In this document: positions 12,895-20,451 of the stretch, piece after piece
How positions within the stretch are numbered: the stretch's first letter is position 1
How the letters are laid out: each line of letters begins with the position of its first letter
Origin: Yuukianura sp. NJ FZ-2021
Lineage: Eukaryota
Direction: 5' to 3'
NCBI GenBank assembly: GCA_046563655.1
Contig: CM102286.1
Span: forward strand, 15,066,001 to 15,130,000
DNA: 64,000 nt
Position numbers and translations under genes: made by a program
The notes under the pieces: model-generated
Told to the model about the DNA's origin: nothing
Seen by the model: the letters and a program-made list of their open reading frames with translations, nothing else
Database searches by the model: none

Positions 12895-14886
12895 TTAGTA
12901 GAATATTTGGCTTTCCCTGGGTGGTTGAGGTGCTGGTTGTCTTTCTCTGTGCAGAGCAGGGCGAAGTATGGGTGAATGTTGAATAATCCGGAGAAGTGAA
13001 TGCTTGAGTCTGCATAAAAGCAAAAAAATGAAAATAAGTGTGATCAGGATCAAGATTAAAATCATGTCATCCAGTAGGTTGACAACAAAATTTGGTATGT
13101 CAAACGCTCTGGCTCCTGGCAGAAGATTCAGCATCGGGAAGAGTCCTCCTAGCATGTTGGGTTTTAGAACCATGAAGGTCATCCAGAGGGCCCATACATA
13201 GAAAATGATTTTCAAAATCCAATCCAAGAGAGAGGTGTGCGCCACAGTTAACGAGAATTGATTCATGATGGGCTGGATGTCTTGATGTGTGAGTACGGTG
13301 GTCTCATTAATTGGTGGCAGTGAAATGTTGATGTGATGGTTTAGTAAATGCCAATTTGGATTCAGGATTGAATGTGTGGGAATGTCATCGCAGCATTCGT
13401 CTTCTGTAATATTCGCGTGGGTCCACTGTATTGGAATTAGTAGTGTAGCATTGCTAGCGTCATGTTCTTGAGTACAGGGAAACGGTGTTGGAATTATGAT
13501 CTTGCCGTTAGCAGTAATTATGCAGTTGCATCGTAGTTTAATTAGAATTGTGCCGTAGGGTGTCGTGGTATTAATTGCATTGGGTGTTTCGTGCCTGCAT
13601 TCCTCTCGTAATCGTGTTGGTGGTTCTTGTTTTGGTAGCGTAATCGCGACGTAGAATTGACTGAGTTGTTGAATGTGAATTTGGTTGTCATGGAGGATAC
13701 ATTCAAAGAGACATGCCTTTTGAATTGTCTCAGTAGTGATTCGGTTTTGAAAAAGTGCTTGAATGCATTGTGGGTGTTGGTTGAACTCTCCGGTTTGGGT
13801 GGGAATGTGGCAAAGACGTGACTGTTTTAAATCGCATCCTCCGTCTCTGTTAACTGGTAGGTAGTTGTCCTTGACTTTGACGATGGTCATTTCCTGTAGT
13901 TTCACCGTGCATAAGTTGTCGTCATATCGGAAGATGATTGGCTTGAGATTATAGTATGTAGGTCGAAGATTCACAGGTATCAGGGGAATCTTGAGTCGAA
14001 TGAAAATGGACTTACTTCGAAATTGGCAAGATGTGAGTGGAGATTGGTAGTACCAACTTAGTGCTGAGATTGGGATTGCAAGATTATATAGTTTTGGGTA
14101 GACAATTTTGTGTAGTTTCGTGAGTTCTGTGTTGAGGATTGTGATCGGTACAAGGCTTCTTGGTAGCAAATGTTGTTGACAAGAGATTGTAGCCAAATGA
14201 AGTTGAAGTGCTCTTGCTAGTTTGAGTGTACTGTCCGTTATCAATAGAAGAGTAGCGTTGAGGTGATGATTGTGGTCTAAAAGTTGAGTCAAGTTGTTGA
14301 GGATAACGTCATGGAGTTGTTGCATGTTGGTATCAATTTCGTCGAATTTGGAATTAACAATCTTCGTCATGTTGATCTCGTGTTCATGTTGTTGGTGAAA
14401 GTTGTCGCGTAGCATGTTTGTGTAGTTCTGTAGGTTGAGTTCTTGAACTTCCATTTTTTGAACGGTGTTGAGAGATGCGAATCCGCAGCACCATTCATAA
14501 AAACTCCCGATGATGTCGATTCCGCGTTTACTTCGTTTGTAACCCTCGACAGGCATGAGGATGTCGTTGATTGTGGTAAAAGCTTCTTGAATGACTTGAT
14601 AAATGCCGCCAATGTTAGTTCTGGAGCGAATTTTTAGGTCGGCTTGATAGGGGATTTCAAAGAAAAGCGCATGACTAGTAGTAAATCCATAAACGTCTTG
14701 TATTTTTGTAATATGTGCGCCTCGGGATAACTCCGGAAAAATATCTTCAGATGAAGTAAGCAGTACTGCATTCCCCAGTAAAAAACAGATAAGTAGAACA
14801 GCAAAAGTATTTTGTACGAAACGTCGTTTCAAGACAATTTTGTTTTTATCAGCGGTGGCAGTAACTCTCTCTACTGCCAGAAGCAT
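12895..14886 (-). CDS. env: Env-like class I fusion glycoprotein (baculovirus F / errantivirus Env-like)
   Basis: N-terminal hydrophobic signal (FAVLLICFLLGNAVLL), furin site RSKR followed by a fusion-peptide-like GIDIIGSFYEWCCGFAS, heptad-rich region, Cys-rich ectodomain with NxS/T sites, C-terminal transmembrane segments; lies 3' of pol inside the LTRs. Confidence 0.85.
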   Translation of the reverse strand: MLLAVERVTATADKNKIVLKRRFVQNTFAVLLICFLLGNAVLLTSSEDIFPELSRGAHITKIQDVYGFTTSHALFFEIPYQADLKIRSRTNIGGIYQVIQEAFTTINDILMPVEGYKRSKRGIDIIGSFYEWCCGFASLNTVQKMEVQELNLQNYTNMLRDNFHQQHEHEINMTKIVNSKFDEIDTNMQQLHDVILNNLTQLLDHNHHLNATLLLITDSTLKLARALQLHLATISCQQHLLPRSLVPITILNTELTKLHKIVYPKLYNLAIPISALSWYYQSPLTSCQFRSKSIFIRLKIPLIPVNLRPTYYNLKPIIFRYDDNLCTVKLQEMTIVKVKDNYLPVNRDGGCDLKQSRLCHIPTQTGEFNQHPQCIQALFQNRITTETIQKACLFECILHDNQIHIQQLSQFYVAITLPKQEPPTRLREECRHETPNAINTTTPYGTILIKLRCNCIITANGKIIIPTPFPCTQEHDASNATLLIPIQWTHANITEDECCDDIPTHSILNPNWHLLNHHINISLPPINETTVLTHQDIQPIMNQFSLTVAHTSLLDWILKIIFYVWALWMTFMVLKPNMLGGLFPMLNLLPGARAFDIPNFVVNLLDDMILILILITLIFIFLLLCRLKHSLLRIIQHSPILRPALHRERQPAPQPPRESQIFY

Positions 14887-14990
14887 TTTGAATATAGTGT
14901 GGAATAAGGAAGATCTGGTTCTGGTGGAAGTGTTCGTGGGGCAGTCTCGCAGCTGCTAGAGACTGAGTTCGCCAGACTGACTTCGATTGA

Positions 14991-17900
14991 TTAATGGTGG
15001 ATTGTCCTGGTTCGTCGTGGCCTTAAGTTATATCCTGTTCGTTGGAGATCTTCGAGTGGTGCACCTGTTTCAGGGTATAACGTAGGCATACGGCGATATC
15101 TGTGGTTGGTGACTTCAATAGTCCGTTGGTCAATTAGTTGAGGTAAATCCGTATCTAACCCGTCGCTGGCCAGGCTTGGGGTTGGTGATGGATCTTCTGT
15201 CAATTGTGGTGAATCTAAAATTGTTGAACCAAGTTCTTCTTCCTGGTGGTGTTGCGGTTCTTCTGTGATTTCGGCGTCATCCGGATAAAAAAATTCTTCT
15301 GTGATGTCCGGGTGGTCATTTTGTGAGCGAGGGTGATAAGGTTTCAATCTGTCCACGTGTACGGTTTCACGTAGGATGTCCTTATTAGCTTTGAATTCAA
15401 CTGTAAAGTTGACTGGCGATAGTTGCTGTACTATAGTATATGGTCCAAAGAAATACGGCATGAGCTTGGAAGAAAGACCTTTTTTCTTTTTAAATTTTCG
15501 GACCAATACTTTGTCGCCAATTGTGAAAGGATGTGGGGTCATATTGGAATTGACCCTGTCAGCATATCGCTTCTGGGCTGCTTCTATTCTCTGTTTAACA
15601 TCCTGTCGAATTTGTTTGAGTCTGTTTTGCAGGTCCCGGATATATTGGTGAGGTTGTATGATTGGGAATTGAGACTCATCAGGGAGAATAGCTTCGTATC
15701 CGAAAAGTACAGAATATGGCGTTCGTCCTGTGGTACTCTGGACTGATGTGTTGTATGCAAGTTGGATATGCGGAATGAATTTGTCCCAATCGGATTGGTT
15801 AGAACGTACATACATGGAAATACTGTCTGTGATGGTTCCATGTGCACGTTCGATGAGTCCTTGAGCTTGAGGGTGGTATGCTGTGCTAACTCGATGTTCG
15901 ATTCCTAGTGTTTTGTTCAAAGTCTTGATTAGGTCCCCTGTAAAATGAGTTCCACGATCCGATTGAATGATACGTGCACATCCGAAACGGCAAAAAATGT
16001 CATCTGTAAGGAATTTGGCAATGGTAGGAGTAGTGATGTCCTTGACAGCTTTCATCTCGATCCACTTGGATAGGTAGCATATAACTGTTATGACATATTT
16101 GTTCCCCTGCGAGCTACGTGTGAATGGTCCTAAAATGTCAATTTGTAAATGTTGAAAAGGTTGCGTAGGCACCTCTATTAATTGCATGTCCCCGTATGGT
16201 TTTCGTCTTGGAATTTTGCGAGCTTGACATTGGTTACAAGTTTGAACGTGTCCTTTGATATCCGACGTCATCGATGGCCAATAGTACCGTTGATTGATTT
16301 TAAGCAACGTCTTGTAGAATCCTAAGTGTCCTGCGATAGGATCATCGTGGTGATCTTTCAAAATCTCTTCTCGTATTTGCTTGGGAATAACCAGTTTGGG
16401 CACATTATCACGATCAAGGTGATATAATGTGTCCTGTAAAATGCAATAACGTCTGGGTAATCGGCCATTCGAGTTGGACAATGTTTGAATTATGTTTAGG
16501 AGTTCAGGATCTTGTTTCTGAAATTCTGTGATTGGATAGTGTTGTACGTTCATGATCTTGACGGTTTCCATGTTTGTTGGCTTAACCGGAGCTCCTTCGT
16601 CTGCGCTAGGACACCGCGAAAGTGCGTCTGCGACATGATTATTTGCTCCCTTGATGTAGTAGATGCCCTGAATGTTGAATTCCGATATTTTCAGCGCCAT
16701 CCTGGTGAGTTTAGGACTAATTTCGTCCTTTTTGGCTTGTTGTATCCAGCATAAGGCGTGATGATCTGTGAAGATTTTAATGGGTTGTCCATCCAAGAAC
16801 TGACGTAGTTTTTTCAGTGCAAATACAATGGCTAATAATTCGAGCTCTGTCGTGGTCCATTTTTGTTCCGCTGGAGTTAGCGTACGAGAAATAAATGCGA
16901 TCGGACGTTCGACATTGTTGTGAATCTGACTTAGTGTAGCTCCAATACCAATGTTACTTGCGTCAGTCGTGAGGCGAGTTTCTAAGCCTGGTTGGAATAA
17001 TGCTAAAACGGGTTTGCTTAAAATTGCTTGTTTCGCAAAGTCAAAGGCACGTTGGTGCTCATCATTCCAATGGAATTTGATTTTCGTAGAAAGCAGTGAC
17101 GTCAGCGGTTTCATTTCTTTGGCGTAGTTTTTGATGAAGCGGCGATAATGGTTGAACAGGCCAAGTGATTGTTGTAATTGTTTTACTGTGGTTGGTCGTG
17201 GCATTTTTGAGACTCCCGTGAGAACATCTTGATCCATTTGAATGTTACCATTTCCAATAAGAAATCCAAGAACCTTTGTTTGCTCGTAAGCGAAGTGACA
17301 TTTTCCAGGATGTAATGTCATCCCTTCTTCCGTAAACCTTTGTAAAACTCGTTCCAGCTTGACGAGATGCTCTTCGAATGTACTGCTGAAAACGATTACA
17401 TCATCAATGTAGCTTAGCGCGTACTCAGGTTTGAGTCCGGCTAAAATAATGTCCATCAGTTTACTGAAATGACCGGAGGCTCCAGAAATACCCATAGGAA
17501 GCACTTTGTACTGATATAATCCGTCTGGAGTGGCGAAAGCAGTTTTTTCTTTGTCTTTGTCTGAGATGGTTGACTGCCAAAATCCTGATTTTAAATCCAT
17601 TGTTGTGATGAATTTGGCATCTCGGAGGGTGGATAGAATGTCGTCGATGCGTGGAAGTGGATAAGCAGTAATGTTGGTTGTGATGGTGTTGAGAAAACGG
17701 AAGTCGGTAACTACTCGTTTGGCGTTTGGATCGTCTTTCTTTGACACTAAATGAATCGGACTCGACCAAGGAGAATGGCTGGGTTCTATAAGATCTAAAT
17801 CCAGCATTTTCTGAACTTCTCGTCGGATAATTTCTCTTTGCTTTTCTGATGCTGGGTAAGGTCTGATTTTGCGGGGAGGGTGATTTCCTGTATCAATCGT

Positions 17901-19013
17901 GAATGGCAATTTGTCGGTGCGTCCCATGTAGTCGGGTTTCCATGAAAATGATTTGGGATATTTCTGAATCAGTTGCAGTAATAAATCCTTCTGCGCATGC
18001 GTGAGGTTTGGATTGATATTAGTTTTGAATTCCATTGGGGTAGTGGAGACATTATGAACGGAAGCATGAGAAGATGATGTTGTGACATTTGAATCTCGTT
18101 CTTCTTGTCCTAGTAGCATGTTCTCGTGGAGACGTAATTCGTCGTTGCTAGGGTTGATAACTTCAATTGCTTCGGTCTGCCTGGTTATCAGCATGTGTGG
18201 CACGAGAAGTCGGTGTTTGTCGTACACGGAAGCAACAGGCTGAATAATGACGTCCGTATCGTCTTGAATGTGGTTGGTAATTACTGGAATCAGCACTCTG
18301 GAACGTGGAGGTAAAATTGTGGTTTTCCGTACTCTGATATTGGCAATTGGTAATTGAATTTGAGGTGACACGTGTGATATCGTTGGATAAGTGCGGTTGA
18401 GGTGAATCCCATGGTCTTCCCAGAAGTTTATCTTTGGATTGCAATATGGAATTTCACCTGCTAGTGGAGAGAAGATAAGTCGGCGTGTGGAGTCAAGGCC
18501 AAAAGCATAAGCTTCTAGGAAGTCCAGTCCCAGGATCAAATCAAAGTCCATGTCGTCTACAATCATGGTCGGGTGCTTGACTTGAAGTTTTCCGAGTTGG
18601 ATTGGAAGAAAGCAGATTCCATCATCTTTGAGGGGGTCCTTGAGCTGTGCTAATTGAATGAAGGTGTTGGGAATGGTGTAATGTTCTTGAGCAATATGCG
18701 GTTTGATGAGAGTGAGTGATGCTCCGCAGTCCACTAAGGCTATGACTCGTCGTTTGAGAATATCAACGGCAACCAGAATTTTCGGTCCAGTTTGGGAATT
18801 TTGAAGTGAGTTTTTGTGAATTTCGATTGTAATTTTAGGATTGGAACTAGAGTGATTGCTTGAAGAAATTGAAGTGAATGAATTAGGTTGGATTGAGTTT
18901 GAACGTTGGTAATTAAAGATGGCGGGCTCTAGTCCCGCCGTGGCATGTTTCCCTGTTGCGTTGAATATGAAGGAGCGTTTTGTTGTTGTGCAGGATGATT
19001 CTGATCGTTCCAT
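14991..19013 (-). CDS. pol: Pol polyprotein (protease, reverse transcriptase, RNase H, integrase); probably translated by -1 frameshift from gag
   Basis: Protease ALVDCGAS; RT PWSSP, LPRIDD, DLKSGFWQ, YIDD; RNase H TDAS, ELELLA, TDHHAL; integrase H...H...C..C, IDILGP, SDRG, GLIERAH, GPY module. Confidence 0.97.
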   Translation of the reverse strand: MERSESSCTTTKRSFIFNATGKHATAGLEPAIFNYQRSNSIQPNSFTSISSSNHSSSNPKITIEIHKNSLQNSQTGPKILVAVDILKRRVIALVDCGASLTLIKPHIAQEHYTIPNTFIQLAQLKDPLKDDGICFLPIQLGKLQVKHPTMIVDDMDFDLILGLDFLEAYAFGLDSTRRLIFSPLAGEIPYCNPKINFWEDHGIHLNRTYPTISHVSPQIQLPIANIRVRKTTILPPRSRVLIPVITNHIQDDTDVIIQPVASVYDKHRLLVPHMLITRQTEAIEVINPSNDELRLHENMLLGQEERDSNVTTSSSHASVHNVSTTPMEFKTNINPNLTHAQKDLLLQLIQKYPKSFSWKPDYMGRTDKLPFTIDTGNHPPRKIRPYPASEKQREIIRREVQKMLDLDLIEPSHSPWSSPIHLVSKKDDPNAKRVVTDFRFLNTITTNITAYPLPRIDDILSTLRDAKFITTMDLKSGFWQSTISDKDKEKTAFATPDGLYQYKVLPMGISGASGHFSKLMDIILAGLKPEYALSYIDDVIVFSSTFEEHLVKLERVLQRFTEEGMTLHPGKCHFAYEQTKVLGFLIGNGNIQMDQDVLTGVSKMPRPTTVKQLQQSLGLFNHYRRFIKNYAKEMKPLTSLLSTKIKFHWNDEHQRAFDFAKQAILSKPVLALFQPGLETRLTTDASNIGIGATLSQIHNNVERPIAFISRTLTPAEQKWTTTELELLAIVFALKKLRQFLDGQPIKIFTDHHALCWIQQAKKDEISPKLTRMALKISEFNIQGIYYIKGANNHVADALSRCPSADEGAPVKPTNMETVKIMNVQHYPITEFQKQDPELLNIIQTLSNSNGRLPRRYCILQDTLYHLDRDNVPKLVIPKQIREEILKDHHDDPIAGHLGFYKTLLKINQRYYWPSMTSDIKGHVQTCNQCQARKIPRRKPYGDMQLIEVPTQPFQHLQIDILGPFTRSSQGNKYVITVICYLSKWIEMKAVKDITTPTIAKFLTDDIFCRFGCARIIQSDRGTHFTGDLIKTLNKTLGIEHRVSTAYHPQAQGLIERAHGTITDSISMYVRSNQSDWDKFIPHIQLAYNTSVQSTTGRTPYSVLFGYEAILPDESQFPIIQPHQYIRDLQNRLKQIRQDVKQRIEAAQKRYADRVNSNMTPHPFTIGDKVLVRKFKKKKGLSSKLMPYFFGPYTIVQQLSPVNFTVEFKANKDILRETVHVDRLKPYHPRSQNDHPDITEEFFYPDDAEITEEPQHHQEEELGSTILDSPQLTEDPSPTPSLASDGLDTDLPQLIDQRTIEVTNHRYRRMPTLYPETGAPLEDLQRTGYNLRPRRTRTIHH
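18921..18953 (-). promoter_or_regulatory. -1 programmed ribosomal frameshift signal (gag-pol)
   Basis: Minus strand caG GGA AAC in the gag frame (18953-18947), 7-nt spacer, then hairpin GGCGGG-actagag-CCCGCC (18939-18921); pol is in the -1 frame. Confidence 0.85.
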
Positions 19014-20263
19014 TGAGAATCAACATAATTTTGTGTCATGCGAGAGCGGTATTCGTTGCGTTGATTCTGGTTAAATCCGTTTTGACCTCCTCGTCTTTGT
19101 TGTCTTTGTCGATAGTTGAAGGATGCCCTCATGTTTTGTTGTTGATAACAATTGGTAGAGTAATGGCCTCGTTTTCCACAGAAATAGCAAGTAGGTACAA
19201 AGGATCCATTTCTGTACTGCTGATTGTTTGATTGGTTGTTCCTGTTGTAGCCACGCCCTCCAAAGCTTCTGTTTCGTCCCCGATAGTTGCTGCCACGGTT
19301 GGATTGAACGCCTGCGAAATGAATTTTAAGTTCTTTGACAGCGGTTGTGAGTTGCTCAATTGGGTCTGTAGCGGTAGATGTAGCAGTAGCCACTTTTGCT
19401 GGATTAGCTGAAGATGTTTTGGGAACAGCATCGATGTCCTTCATCCCCTTTCCTTCGTATTCCGTAAGCATGTTGAGTAATGCTGCATAAGTCTCGGGAA
19501 TGCCACGATATTGTACGTATCGTCTGACAGCAAGGGTGCATTGCTTCACTATAGCTTCACAAAGCTCATTTTCGTTGTATTTAGTCCAATTGTCGCCAAA
19601 GAGATATCGAATTCTCACAACGAATGTAATAGAAGATTCTTCCGGATCTTGCGTGTGAGTGTGCAAATTGGTCAGAAGAAGGTCCTTCTCGTCTTTGTCT
19701 TTTGGGCAGTGTTCTGTGAAACTTGTTTGAAAATCGCGCCATGATGTCCCTGTGTCACTAATTTTATCCTTGTAAATGGAAAACCATTGATCTGCTGCTG
19801 GATGTTCAAACGAATTAACAAATTCGCGTTTCCTTCTAGCATCATCGTAATTGAGTCCATCTGCCCAAGTGTCGAATTTTTCAATGTGGCGTTTGATGGA
19901 TTTGGTAGTAAGTTTTTGTTTGTGTGTTGGTCGCTTATCACCTTTGATAACTAACGTTTGAGACGCTGGAGGTTGTGATGTGGATTGTGACATGATGTTA
20001 AAATTCAATTCTGGTGTTGTTAGATTATCTTCTAATTGGTTGATTGGAAAAACAGGATCGTCTTGGAAGTCAATGGAATCAACAAAGTGATCTTCTTCTG
20101 TAATGGATCCTTGAGGCGAACGTTCCGGGTTGGAATTTGTTGACCGAATCCGACTGGAATTAAGTCCTTCGGGGAACTCTAATTGTTGACCGCTTCCTTT
20201 TGTAGCACTACGTGTTTGAGGTTTTTGTTTTGGAATTTTAGAATTTTGCATTCCATTACACAA
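18929..20263 (-). CDS. gag: Gag polyprotein with CCHC zinc knuckle
   Basis: First ORF after the 5' LTR and primer site; capsid-like region (WRDFQTSFTEH...QDPEESSITFVVRI) and CYFCGKRGHYSTNC (CX2CX4HX4C) flanked by RG/N/Q-rich sequence. Confidence 0.92.
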   Translation of the reverse strand: MCNGMQNSKIPKQKPQTRSATKGSGQQLEFPEGLNSSRIRSTNSNPERSPQGSITEEDHFVDSIDFQDDPVFPINQLEDNLTTPELNFNIMSQSTSQPPASQTLVIKGDKRPTHKQKLTTKSIKRHIEKFDTWADGLNYDDARRKREFVNSFEHPAADQWFSIYKDKISDTGTSWRDFQTSFTEHCPKDKDEKDLLLTNLHTHTQDPEESSITFVVRIRYLFGDNWTKYNENELCEAIVKQCTLAVRRYVQYRGIPETYAALLNMLTEYEGKGMKDIDAVPKTSSANPAKVATATSTATDPIEQLTTAVKELKIHFAGVQSNRGSNYRGRNRSFGGRGYNRNNQSNNQQYRNGSFVPTCYFCGKRGHYSTNCYQQQNMRASFNYRQRQQRRGGQNGFNQNQRNEYRSRMTQNYVDSQWNDQNHPAQQQNAPSYSTQQGNMPRRD

Positions 20264-20311
20264 TTTTTATACTAAATTGGGAAACTAAAAATATTCAAAA
20301 ATCTTGGAGGC

Positions 20312-20322
20312 TTTCGGCACCA
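20312..20322 (-). promoter_or_regulatory. Primer binding site complementary to the tRNA-Phe 3' end
   Basis: Minus strand TGGTGCCGAAA, 1 nt after the 5' LTR; complements the ...UUUCGGCACCA end of eukaryotic tRNA-Phe. Confidence 0.8.
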
Positions 20323-20323
20323 T

Positions 20324-20451
20324 TGTTAAGTGATGCTCGTATCCTCGTTTCGCTTTCACTTGCTTCTTTTTATTGGTTCATTTCTACTTATTTTATACTA
20401 ACTCTAATGTGGTGTGCGGTTAGGTGGCGGGCAGATAGAACAGCCCTCACA
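20324..20451 (-). repeat. 5' LTR (128 bp)
   Basis: Identical to 12184-12311; contains TATAAAA and AATAAA on the minus strand. Confidence 0.95.

Larger units (their letters stand above)
12184..20451 (-). mobile_element. Full-length Ty3/gypsy LTR retrotransposon with env-like third ORF (endogenous retrovirus-like)
   Basis: Identical TG...CA 128-bp LTRs at 12184-12311 and 20324-20451; 4-bp duplication CCAG (12180-12183, 20452-20455); uninterrupted gag, pol (PR-RT-RH-IN order) and env. Confidence 0.97.

Noticed and set aside
19011..19013. ATG as an independent pol start
   Set aside because: The in-phase slippery heptamer and hairpin explain pol expression better.
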